Source of the DNA: an uncultured bacterium
GTDB taxonomy: Bacteria > Babelota > Babeliae > Babelales > Babelaceae
DNA length: 64,000 nucleotides
Reading direction: 5' to 3'
NCBI GenBank assembly: GCA_963713855.1
Contig: OY970209.1
Span: 1,408,001-1,472,000 of the forward strand
Positions 10,539-20,238 of the stretch are shown here, piece after piece. A program made the position numbers and the translations under genes. The first letter of the stretch is position 1, and every line of letters begins with the position of its first letter. The notes below the pieces were generated by a model that searched no databases, was not told where the DNA came from, and was given only the letters and a program-made list of their open reading frames with translations.

Positions 10539-11778
10539 TCAAATACGAAGCGCTGATTTAGTAAACTCATTTTGAAATAATCCATAGGGATCATGGTGCC
10601 TAATAGCTTTTTTTAGCTTTGTAAAATCGTAATTCTCTACTACTTCAGGTTCTAAGACGGTTTTTCCAAGATGGGGTTTGTCTCCAAGTTCTACAAGAAT
10701 TTTGCTTAAATCACGTACCATTAAACGAGCATTTTTTTGTTGATCGTTCAAAGTCACCTCAACTAAAGTGGTATCTCGCCCATATGCTAAATCGTTAATA
10801 ATCTCAGTTGCTTTTTGAAAACGGCACCAAAACCGCAAGACATATGTTCCTTTCTTCCGAAAGGCGCTTATTATTTCCATAATACGTTCGTATGCATGAA
10901 CCAGATTTTTTTGGTCAAGTGCGTATTCCAATGAAAAAGCGTGGGAGCGAGGAACGTGCTCAAAATAGTCAAACTTACCTCTAATAGCATCAGGTTCATA
11001 GGTAAATAATTCTGACGCAAAAATGCCGATCGCGGGAATCCACGTAGTTAACAAAACTTCAAGCTTGGAAACTATGCGGCTCGAAAGTGGCATAAGAGAC
11101 AAATCCCAAAAAAGACGCTTCAAGCTACGATGAGCCTTTTCTTTGGTCATAAAAATATCAGTCTTTAAAATTCTTCCTGAGTAAGGACCAAAAAGGAGAC
11201 AAAGCGTAGAAGGAGCAACGCTCAGGCCATCCAGACTTTTTAATAGCGCGTGCTTATACTTAACGCTAGTTGCTTTATAAACTTTAATGCTAAGCCGAAG
11301 GACTACACCAAGAAGCCCATAATTCACAAAAAGATCCGGATCAGTAAGTAAGCTAAGGTTTCCTTGCCCATCGACAATAAGCATGCCTATAACATGGTTG
11401 GCCATAGAATCCCAATAATGACTCCCGTTATGGGCCCCACAAAGGATTGCGCCACCAATGGTGATATACTTGCTTTCTGGAGTTCCATACAATTTTAAAT
11501 CATAGCGCTTAAGATACGTACGAATATCTTTTAAGGCCATACCCGGGGATACTGTAAGAATAGCTTCTAGTTCGTGAGAATCTGTATAATGAATGAGAGG
11601 ATCTTCAATGAAGTCACCGGTATAAATCATATGTGGAGAATCAAAGACTGAGCTATGAAGAAGCCCTTCCATAAGCGCGGACCTTTTTTTTACTTTTTAT
11701 GATATCTAAAACACGGTTATAAAGAGCAGATTCTTTGGAGCGCAAACTTTTTTCTAACTCTTGTGTTGCTACAATCAT
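10539..11778 (-). pseudogene. FAD-linked aldonolactone oxidase-like protein (gulono/arabinono-lactone oxidase family), frameshifted near the N-terminus
   Basis: ITIGGAI..GAHNG, GLLGVV, EY, KPHLGK, DPYGLFQN. The missing N-terminus (M...KKVRAYG) lies in another frame starting at 11778. Confidence 0.7.
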
Positions 11779-11990
11779 GCTAAACTCATAAAATAAGATA
11801 TATTTTATACTAGATAGAATAGTTGCTCCAAATCAAGCAAAATCGCAAGCTATCGCAACTAAATCGTTGCAGTTATGCTATAAGCTTGGGCTAGTTGTTC
11901 TATGCAGATTCCTTTTTTTTTGCTATTTTGATCGTCAATGTCTGCTATTTACTAGCAACTTTTGCATAAAAGAGCTTCCAAGGATTATTT

Positions 11991-12920
11991 ATGAGAGTAA
12001 GCATCTTTTTCTTTGCGCTTATTGTTATGCTACAAAACACTATAAAATGCATGGAACATCACCATTCTTCTTCTAAAGTAGTAAGGGAGCTCTATCCAAA
12101 TGCTCAAGATTTTAATGATAACGAAGATGCTGTAGACCAGTCTGAGATATATCAAGATGAAGATCTGCCTGATACCGCCGACAATCTGAATCAAGAAACT
12201 GAATATATTAGTGATGAAGACGCTACCGCAAGCAACGAAGAAGAGTATGAACCTTCACCGGAAAAGCCTAGCGCGCAAGAACTATATTACAGAAGACGAG
12301 CCCAAGAAGCACTTAATAAAAAAAAGCAAAGTTTTAGAGACAGAATGAGCCGTACTATACAGCTTTTTCTTTCCTCCATTAGAGTAGAAAGCTTACTACC
12401 ACAAGCTTACAACCTGCTTCTTACACTCATTCAGGAAATGGAAAGAAGCGAGCTAGCTGTAGGAAGCTGTGAGCTTGAAGACGAAACGACTTTGGCGCGA
12501 CATTCTCTTTTATACTACCTTCTACAAGCACGCTTCGAACAACGAAATACTGGGCTTGCTCAAGAGATTGCTTACGTCATTCTCAAAAATGCGCGTGTTG
12601 TTATTCCATTAGCTATTCCTTGCGTCGTCTTTACTTTCTCGAACGACAATGCTCTTTTAAGTAATGGCCTTCTTGGTTTTGTAGCCGCTGTTCTCGTATA
12701 TGGCGCCATTTTATTATCTGAAAAAAATCTTATACCTTGGCTAGCCTCTAATGACCCGAACTTAAGCATTCTTGACGCTATGATACAGCATGTAGCAAAG
12801 ATTGTAGCTAATGAAGGGGTAGATAAAGAAACGTATAAATATATTAAGAAGTTGCACAAAGACGAGTCGGTAGGAGCAATAGTGGATTGCTTGCTTAACA
12901 TTTCTACTAGCCGGAGTTAG
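11991..12920 (+). CDS. Exported hypothetical protein: acidic region plus C-terminal two-TM domain
   Basis: Signal peptide then ME; D/E-rich tract; C-terminal domain similar to the next gene. Confidence 0.75.
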   Translation: MRVSIFFFALIVMLQNTIKCMEHHHSSSKVVRELYPNAQDFNDNEDAVDQSEIYQDEDLPDTADNLNQETEYISDEDATASNEEEYEPSPEKPSAQELYYRRRAQEALNKKKQSFRDRMSRTIQLFLSSIRVESLLPQAYNLLLTLIQEMERSELAVGSCELEDETTLARHSLLYYLLQARFEQRNTGLAQEIAYVILKNARVVIPLAIPCVVFTFSNDNALLSNGLLGFVAAVLVYGAILLSEKNLIPWLASNDPNLSILDAMIQHVAKIVANEGVDKETYKYIKKLHKDESVGAIVDCLLNISTSRS

Positions 12921-12995
12921 TGATTTAGTGTCAAATAAAAAATACTAAGTCTCGTTACCAGTGAAGTGGTTTTCTTTCAAAAAGGTTAAGGATAT

Positions 12996-14177
12996 ATGCG
13001 AGTAATAGTTTTTTTAGTCACATTTATGATGCTCTATGTAACATGCAGTAATTGCATGGAGCACCCATCTGACAAAGATGAACTTAAACCAAAGCTCTTT
13101 ACTGCCCTCAAAACAAATAGGTACGAAGAGGCAAAAGAAATTTTGTCTGCAATGTATAGATCTACCGATGGTGATGCATTCAATATCAATGCAATCAAAG
13201 ATAAAAATGGGAATACGCCATTACATATAGCGGGCTTTTCTGGCAACCCTGACTTAGTAAGGCTTTGTTTTAAATATGGCGCAATCATATGGCAAAAAAA
13301 TGATCTGGGACAAACGCCACTGGCATTCTTTGAAGAGTACATGGCCGAATTAGAAAATTTTGAAGATGAAAAAGAAGATAACCTTGCCTTTAAAAACCAA
13401 CAACAAATAAGAAGTTTGCTTATGCATCAGATAGAGAGCCACTATATTAGTCCTCAATTACAGCTTGTTCTTGCAAATCCTGCAGAGTTTGGGCTCATCG
13501 AATATGACGGTACTCCTCCTGATAATGGTGCTGATAGAGAAGAAGAAATCTTCGCAAAAAAAACTTCATTGCTAGACAGAGAAAGCAAAATGTTATTTGT
13601 AGAAGAAATGAGGGATGTTATATCCCGCTTTTTCATTTTACTCCAATCGAGAAGCTCTCAAATAGAGGCCCTCAAAATGCTTCGCGAATTGATCAAGGCG
13701 ATGCAAAACCGGCAATTTGAGATAGGTCACTTTCAACTTTTTGACCCCGGCACCTTAGTGAGTCATTCTCTGCTTTATCACTTACTTGAAGCACGCTCTG
13801 CTCAGAACGAAGCAATCGCAATAGGTAAACTTAACCCTCAACTCATTCCTCAAATCTTGAGTATTGCTTCCGCGCTCTTTATCTTATTCATTACTCTCAT
13901 AATCTTTGAAAACAAGTTCTTCTTGAGTGTGGGTGCAACGGCTTTTTCATATGGTGGCACTTTAATCTCAGGGCGCTATTACGTGCCAAGATTGCTCCCA
14001 CACACTCCAGCGTCTGATTGGTTTAATCCTCTTATTCAGGAAATGATAAAGGTTATTCAGGAAATGGAGGGCCTCGTTGATGAAGAAACGCGCCAGTATA
14101 TTAAGATCTTACACCAAGAAGAACCAGAGTCACCGATAATAAAAGAGCTTTATGATGCATTTTGCGATGAAGTGTAA
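12996..14177 (+). CDS. Exported ankyrin-repeat protein with C-terminal two-TM domain
   Basis: GNTPLHIAGFSGNPDLVRLCFKYGA and GQTPL; signal peptide then ME. Confidence 0.85.
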   Translation: MRVIVFLVTFMMLYVTCSNCMEHPSDKDELKPKLFTALKTNRYEEAKEILSAMYRSTDGDAFNINAIKDKNGNTPLHIAGFSGNPDLVRLCFKYGAIIWQKNDLGQTPLAFFEEYMAELENFEDEKEDNLAFKNQQQIRSLLMHQIESHYISPQLQLVLANPAEFGLIEYDGTPPDNGADREEEIFAKKTSLLDRESKMLFVEEMRDVISRFFILLQSRSSQIEALKMLRELIKAMQNRQFEIGHFQLFDPGTLVSHSLLYHLLEARSAQNEAIAIGKLNPQLIPQILSIASALFILFITLIIFENKFFLSVGATAFSYGGTLISGRYYVPRLLPHTPASDWFNPLIQEMIKVIQEMEGLVDEETRQYIKILHQEEPESPIIKELYDAFCDEV

Positions 14178-14191
14178 TGCAATCGACTTTC

Positions 14192-15724
14192 TTATGCAGG
14201 TTTCCAATATTTATCTCTGATCGCTCTCATAAGGGAACTTTTGATTTGTCGCTCTCGCTTGGATGTTTTTTCAGGATCGTTGCTTGATTGATCAGGCACA
14301 CTTTTTAGAGAATTTTTTACCTGTTTTTCCGATGGCTCATCTTTTAATCCATCCTGATTTTGCTCACTCATCGAAACAGTAATTTCTTTTGTATCGTCAA
14401 TTCTCTGAGCTTGGAACGAAGATCGCCCCATCGCTACGTCTGCATTTGAAGTAAAGCTCTCGTTATTTATTTGCTGCTCAACAGGTTCAATTTCAATGAT
14501 GTTAACGCCAGCCTCAACTTGCAACATTTCAGGAAGCATCCGCGAGGACATGTTAAAAGCCTGACAGGGTGCTGGAGTAACTAATTCATTATTTTCCTGA
14601 ATAGCTGCTTTGGGAAACTGCTGAAAAACTAAAAGAATGATTGGCGCAGAGTTTTGAGGCTCAAGAGTTGCTGGTAGAACCATAGATTTCTTTTCTGCAA
14701 ATGCTAAGGACTCTGTTGCTGACGAGGATAGCATAAGAACAGGTGACTTCTGCACAAAATCAGATCCTTGCTTGATTAATGTTTGAATGCTTACGATACC
14801 TTCTTGTACAAGCAGCTCTTTGAGTATTTTTTGTACAAAAAATAGCGGATTACCTTCTATCAGCTCCGGTATAAGATCGAGCTTAATCAAAATACTTTTT
14901 GGTGTATTGACCATCAAAATGATTTGCGTGGAAGCTTGCTTAACAGTATCCCTATTTTGGTACTGCTCATGTACCACAAGAGCACTTTTTTGACCTGTGT
15001 AATCCTTATCAAAAGAGACGTCAGTGTAATTGTACTGATCAGGCACATTACGTACGATTCGAGAAATATTAGAAGATTCGTATAGAGGTGCAATGACGGA
15101 ATCGTCAAAATAAGTAGGGTTTGATGCCTGCTCTTTTAAAAGGATTCCATTTGAAAAAGGGGAAATAATAATTGACTCAAATCGATCGAGGTTATTTGTT
15201 TTGTGAGAGAATGCTTCGGCAACTGATACCGGGTTGCGATCAATGAGCTCATTGTAAAGCGGCTGATCTAGAGACGGTGCGCTATTATTGTCACGAGCCA
15301 GAAAAAGAACAGGTTGGTCATTAGAAGACGTATCGAATTCTTCAACTTTGAGCAGCTGTGAAGGATAAAAAAACGTAGTCCAGTCCTGAAAGGCAAGACC
15401 TGCCTTAACAAGTCCCGTAATTACAAGGACGAGAGCTACCAGACTTGGAATTTGAGCTGACTGCGGATTTGCCACATCCAATGCATTTCGTATCCCGTCA
15501 TATCCAAGAAGAGTGCCCAGGGATATGCAACTGGCTGATTCAAGAGTGAGATAAATAGGACCGTAATCTGTCGACCTATCTACTTGGGTGCTCACTGCAT
15601 ACGAGTGTTGATTTTGTTTTACAAGGGCTTGAAACTTTTGGCCTTCGTTGGTCGACTGCGCTCTTAAAAGCGGTTGGTTTATCGTACAAAAAATGAGTGT
15701 GCTGAACACTATTTTTTTATTCAT
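14192..15724 (-). CDS. Hypothetical protein with signal peptide and hydrophobic hairpin
   Basis: Long ORF with signal-like N-terminus; no recognised domain. Confidence 0.65.
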   Translation of the reverse strand: MNKKIVFSTLIFCTINQPLLRAQSTNEGQKFQALVKQNQHSYAVSTQVDRSTDYGPIYLTLESASCISLGTLLGYDGIRNALDVANPQSAQIPSLVALVLVITGLVKAGLAFQDWTTFFYPSQLLKVEEFDTSSNDQPVLFLARDNNSAPSLDQPLYNELIDRNPVSVAEAFSHKTNNLDRFESIIISPFSNGILLKEQASNPTYFDDSVIAPLYESSNISRIVRNVPDQYNYTDVSFDKDYTGQKSALVVHEQYQNRDTVKQASTQIILMVNTPKSILIKLDLIPELIEGNPLFFVQKILKELLVQEGIVSIQTLIKQGSDFVQKSPVLMLSSSATESLAFAEKKSMVLPATLEPQNSAPIILLVFQQFPKAAIQENNELVTPAPCQAFNMSSRMLPEMLQVEAGVNIIEIEPVEQQINNESFTSNADVAMGRSSFQAQRIDDTKEITVSMSEQNQDGLKDEPSEKQVKNSLKSVPDQSSNDPEKTSKRERQIKSSLMRAIRDKYWKPA

Positions 15725-15872
15725 ACAACCCAAAATACTCGGTTACTTAATCCTGAATGTTTGGATTCATAGAGGATTCATTTTAAAAACATTTACAACT
15801 CTTTGATAGAATCTGGAGTGATTCTGATCTGGTAGGCTACTATGCAAATAAAGTTTTGTAAACGTTTAGCTG

Positions 15873-15901
15873 TTGACGGTCTTTGTTAACAATGGTATAC
15901 C
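15873..15901 (+). promoter_or_regulatory. Sigma70-like promoter
   Basis: TTGACG-17 bp-TATACC with an extended TG, upstream of an AAGGAG RBS. Confidence 0.5.
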
Positions 15902-15942
15902 GTTGAGAAGGTTGAGTTAATTTTTAAAAAAGGAGAAATGCG

Positions 15943-17136
15943 ATGAAATTATCCCACATAATTACATGCACATTGCTATATGCAATGAACTTATCATTGT
16001 ATGCTGGTTGTTGTCTTCAATACTTTACCACCTACGATGTACCTGCAAGCTCGGGAAACGTTTCAAGGATTGCAGTTTCGCCCAATGGCTCTTATTTAGC
16101 CAGTTCAAATTGGAATCCTCCTCAATCAAGCACAGTCACCATATTTAACTTGACTGGCACTTTTTCTGCTAATTCTTACCCAATACCCCATGGAACTGCG
16201 GGCGATAATACCCCCCTTGCAATCCAATTTTCACCAAATGGTTCTTTTCTTGCCACCGCCAATACTTCAAATGACATAACAATTTTTCAAGTTAGTGCAC
16301 AAGGTGTGCTTAGCGGAGCGGTTTCCTATCCAATGGGCACTAATTGCTGTAGTAGCTTGGTATTTACGCCAGACAGCTCGCACATTGCAGTTCTTGGAAC
16401 AGGTTCAAATAGTGTTATTATGTGCGCAATATCTGGTACTGGAGTAATAACGGGAAGTACTTCCTACACACTACCTACTGGAGCCACTTCTCCACAAGCG
16501 CTGGCTATTTCACCCAACGGCTCGCTTCTTGCAACATGTAATGGTTCAGGAAATGTAACTTTATTTAAGTTGAGTAATGGCGTGCTAAGTGGAGGAACAA
16601 ATACCGCTACATCATCCGATGGTGCTAATGGGATAACGTTTTCACCTGATGGTACCTTGCTTGCAGTTGCCAATAATAGTACATTTGGTTCTGGAAATAT
16701 AAGTCTGTTTGGTGTATCAGGCGGTGCACTCAGCGCTGTTACAAATTATGCTCTACCTTCGGGTTCTCATGGCCCAACTGATCTTGCTTTCTCGCCAGAT
16801 AATGCTTGCCTTGTTGTTTCTAATGGAGGTGACTTTAGTTCAAATAACCTAAACACATTTACCGTATCTGGAGGCACGCTCACCAACGCCACGGCTTTTA
16901 CTGTTCTTGCTGGATACCCAGTATTTTTCGGATCTTATCTTGCCACAGGCGGAGGTAACGGTCCAGTGGTATTTCTCAATACTTTCTCTGAAGGCACATG
17001 TCAAACTACGACCGCAACTACAGCAACCGGGACAACAGCAACTCAAACTACGACTAGCACAACCGGTTCATCTGATGCTTCCTCCATAAGTAATTCACTT
17101 CACCTACTTTACAAGATGCGCTCCTTGTTCCAGTAA
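15943..17136 (+). CDS. Exported beta-propeller (lactonase/WD40-like) with Thr-rich tail
   Basis: Repeated FSP[DN]G..LA..N...[VI][TS][IL]F blades, signal peptide, poly-Thr/Ser C-terminus. Confidence 0.85.
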   Translation: MKLSHIITCTLLYAMNLSLYAGCCLQYFTTYDVPASSGNVSRIAVSPNGSYLASSNWNPPQSSTVTIFNLTGTFSANSYPIPHGTAGDNTPLAIQFSPNGSFLATANTSNDITIFQVSAQGVLSGAVSYPMGTNCCSSLVFTPDSSHIAVLGTGSNSVIMCAISGTGVITGSTSYTLPTGATSPQALAISPNGSLLATCNGSGNVTLFKLSNGVLSGGTNTATSSDGANGITFSPDGTLLAVANNSTFGSGNISLFGVSGGALSAVTNYALPSGSHGPTDLAFSPDNACLVVSNGGDFSSNNLNTFTVSGGTLTNATAFTVLAGYPVFFGSYLATGGGNGPVVFLNTFSEGTCQTTTATTATGTTATQTTTSTTGSSDASSISNSLHLLYKMRSLFQ

Positions 17137-17142
17137 CGCTTA

Positions 17143-17179
17143 TAATAGGCTGTGGAAATTGACTTTGCACAGCCTATTA
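17143..17179. terminator. Hairpin, probable intrinsic terminator
   Basis: TAATAGGCTGTG...CACAGCCTATTA just after the stop codon. Confidence 0.7.
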
Positions 17180-17465
17180 ACCAAATCGTTGCGTTAACAG
17201 CAAAGAGCGATACGATTTTTAAAGACTACTACTTGCAAGCTTAATTCTTGCTCTTTATACTTGTGAAAGTACTCTAAGCAAAACTAAGGAATCAGCCATG
17301 GCATCAAAGATGCTCGACTTAATTCTTTCTAGATATTTATTGTTGAGCCGTAAGCGGTAAAAAAGTAACAAGCACTATTGAAAGTGCAATAAGTCAGAAA
17401 TGGGTAAACTATTTTTCTAAGAAAGAACATTTGCCTATGATTATTTTATAAAGGAAAATCAGCGC

Positions 17466-18695
17466 ATGAAATTGATAAGCACGATCGCTATCATCTACCT
17501 TTCAAGTCTTTTCAATTTTTGCTGTGGCATGGAAGAACGCGGTAGCAACGAAAAAACAAAACAATCAAGCTGTCGCAAAGCATCGTTAGCGTTGAGAAAA
17601 AGTTTAAATTCTGGCAAATGGTGTGAGACTTCTGACTTTGAGGCATACATCGCAGCGCTAAAGAAAATGATTGAAGATGGTGCCCACGTTAACACTTTTC
17701 CTAATGCGCAAATACTTACCTCTCAAACCCCTCTTACGTCAGTGTGCAGAGTAGAAAATGGTGTTTTTTTAGATAGACTGTTAAATCGAATAAAAATGAC
17801 CAGCTTTTTACTAGAACAGGGGGCAGATCCAAATGACCGTGTCGACAGTTTTCAAGAAAAAAAAGCATTTCCCAACCCAGCTGAATTTGACTCAACAAAT
17901 CATTACTTAGCACTTAATACAGAAGCAAGCCCACTTGAATTAGTGGCCTACCATGGAGATGTTACAAGCATAATCTTACTCGCTGAGTACGGGGCTCACA
18001 TAAATCTTCAAGATGAAAACTTGGCAAAGCGCATCAATACACTTTTTGAAAACGAAGAGGCATACGCACTAGATAATATACTAAGCACATGGCGCTTTCC
18101 CCGATTTCCTTCAGCTCTTCCCACAGATAGTGCAACAAGTTGTCACGCTCAACGTCAGATTATTAAATTGATAATCTTGCAGCAAGAAAGTGAAGCTCTC
18201 AAATTTCTTGAATCCAGCGTTAATGAAATCAACCCGGAACAATTGGGAACGATTTTTCTTGTAGCTGCTGGTCAGAACATGCCAGAAATTATCAATTATA
18301 TCCTTAGGCACAATACTTCTCCTGAACTTCATCAGGAAGCATTTTTGCGAGCCTCGGCGAGCGGTCATACATCGATTATAAATCTACTTTTAGATTCCGC
18401 TATTCTTGAAACGGAAACTTGGATAGAAACGCTTAACAGGGGATTATATCTTGCGGCAATACGAGGACATGTCGAGGTAGTCAGGTTATTTAGAGAACGC
18501 TTTTCCTGGCTCAATTTTGCACTCATTGCAAATCGACTACATGAACTCTTAGAGTTAAATACCATCTCGCCAGATTATAGAATTCGCTATCGAGCGATAG
18601 ATTTTATGCTAACAGACACCTATCAAACGACGTCTTTGCTAGATAATTCACTGGCCACTCCCCAGGTAAATCTTTTAATTCCAGGATTTTTATAA
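17466..18695 (+). CDS. Exported ankyrin-repeat protein
   Basis: LLEQGADPN, SPLELVAYHG, ASASGH.., LAAIRGHVEVV; signal peptide then ME. Confidence 0.85.
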   Translation: MKLISTIAIIYLSSLFNFCCGMEERGSNEKTKQSSCRKASLALRKSLNSGKWCETSDFEAYIAALKKMIEDGAHVNTFPNAQILTSQTPLTSVCRVENGVFLDRLLNRIKMTSFLLEQGADPNDRVDSFQEKKAFPNPAEFDSTNHYLALNTEASPLELVAYHGDVTSIILLAEYGAHINLQDENLAKRINTLFENEEAYALDNILSTWRFPRFPSALPTDSATSCHAQRQIIKLIILQQESEALKFLESSVNEINPEQLGTIFLVAAGQNMPEIINYILRHNTSPELHQEAFLRASASGHTSIINLLLDSAILETETWIETLNRGLYLAAIRGHVEVVRLFRERFSWLNFALIANRLHELLELNTISPDYRIRYRAIDFMLTDTYQTTSLLDNSLATPQVNLLIPGFL

Positions 18696-18782
18696 TATTA
18701 GTTCCAGGTACTTTATTGAATGGAACGGTAGATAATTTGGTGCTTGGTCGTTAAAAGAAAAGGATAAGCGTAAGTAAAAAAT

Positions 18783-18813
18783 GAGTAAGATAGGAGATCT
18801 TCCTATCTTACTC
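18783..18813. terminator. Hairpin between convergent genes
   Basis: GAGTAAGATAGGA-GATCT-TCCTATCTTACTC, perfect 13 bp stem. Confidence 0.75.
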
Positions 18814-18839
18814 TAAAGCTATGGATAGCCTTGAGCTAC

Positions 18840-19139
18840 TTATTGCATATCGGACATGTCACTATCGTCTCCAGATTTGTCCATGTCCTCTTGCATTGCT
18901 TGCATACCCTTTATGACACCGGCAAGCATTAAGCCTTTCTTGGTCCTACGAAGACCTTGAGTTATTTGATCTAATGCATGATAGGCATCGCCAATACCGC
19001 GATGAGTTTGTTTGATCCCACGCATTATTTTCATTTTAGCCATTGACATGCCAGGTGACATATCTCTCATAGCAGGCATAAGCGCAAAAGATAAGCTTGG
19101 CGCTAACGTAAGTAATGTTAACAGAATAAAACGTTTCAT
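18840..19139 (-). CDS. Small exported methionine-rich protein
   Basis: ATG at 19139 behind AAGGAG; signal peptide; 13 Met in about 80 mature residues. Confidence 0.75.
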   Translation of the reverse strand: MKRFILLTLLTLAPSLSFALMPAMRDMSPGMSMAKMKIMRGIKQTHRGIGDAYHALDQITQGLRRTKKGLMLAGVIKGMQAMQEDMDKSGDDSDMSDMQ

Positions 19140-19449
19140 ATTCCTACTCCTTTGTTTGAATTGTCTAACATAGCGACTATTTAATTCTAATATAATTATT
19201 TTAATAAAATCAACATAAAGTAAATGACTCCATGACTTGAAAGTTAAGGTAAGCTTTAAGCTGAGCCTCACGCTAAGTTAATGAAGATCTTTCTTAACGT
19301 GAGATAATTGACCTGCAGCTGAAGGACACTGCGCGGCCTAGCAGCAACGCCATACTAAACGAAGCGATTTGTTTTGGTAATATTTTGAAGATATGACTCA
19401 TACATATATAAAACAGCTAGTTGGTGCTCTGGGCTTTTAATAGCAATAA

Positions 19450-19478
19450 TAGAGCCCACGTGCTAACCGTGGGCTCTA
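19450..19478. terminator. Hairpin, probable terminator
   Basis: TAGAGCCCACG-TGCTAAC-CGTGGGCTCTA downstream of the minus-strand gene ending at 19536. Confidence 0.7.
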
Positions 19479-19535
19479 CCTAAATCTTAGTACGGACGCC
19501 AGAGGTCGTCATTTTCACAAATTTAACGTGTAAAG

Positions 19536-20096
19536 TTATTGACATGTAGTCATGCAAACTTTTCCTGGAGGACATTCAGGGCGCGTGAATGAAACACTTT
19601 CAGCGAGCTTGCCATTTTTTACAGGATACAAGGTTGCATCAGATAAATCTTCACTTGTGCAAATTTTTCCTTGAGGGCATTCAGGAAACGTCATACGATC
19701 GGAGGCATTCCAGCTGATCATAAGTGTTTTCATGATAGAGCTCAGAGTAACGAGAGCCTCAAATGGCAAAGTTGCAACAGAAAGTGGTATAGCTAATCCG
19801 CGTTTTTGAGCCCTAATCAGCAGCGCGATAAGACCAGCCACGCCCAAGGTAGTCAATGCGGACCCTGTGTCAAAGGCTATCGCCTCAGTTGTCGACATTG
19901 ACTCTACTTTTTTGCCAAGCCCCTTAAAAAAATCCTCGGGTGAACTAGCAAAATCTAGAGGAGCCGTAACTGTTGTCCACGCCCCTTTATCAAGCGCAGC
20001 CTTAATTTCTGCATACGTACTCTCTTGAGAGTAAGCATCCATACAAAACCACGCCGAGCCAAGAAAACTAAATAACAAAAAAAATTGTTTCATCAT
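19536..20096 (-). CDS. Hypothetical membrane protein with duplicated PECPxGKxC motif
   Basis: Signal peptide, hydrophobic hairpin, PECPQGKIC and PECPPGKVC. Confidence 0.7.
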   Translation of the reverse strand: MMKQFFLLFSFLGSAWFCMDAYSQESTYAEIKAALDKGAWTTVTAPLDFASSPEDFFKGLGKKVESMSTTEAIAFDTGSALTTLGVAGLIALLIRAQKRGLAIPLSVATLPFEALVTLSSIMKTLMISWNASDRMTFPECPQGKICTSEDLSDATLYPVKNGKLAESVSFTRPECPPGKVCMTTCQ

Positions 20097-20238
20097 GTAC
20101 CTTCCACTTAAATTCATGTACCAAACCACACTCTTTATTTTCAAATATACTTACATTGTAGCAATAGCCACCTAAAAGTCAAACCAATTCGAGCTAAAAC
20201 GCCTCTAGCAGGGGGAATTTTTAAATCAAGATGCCTTC

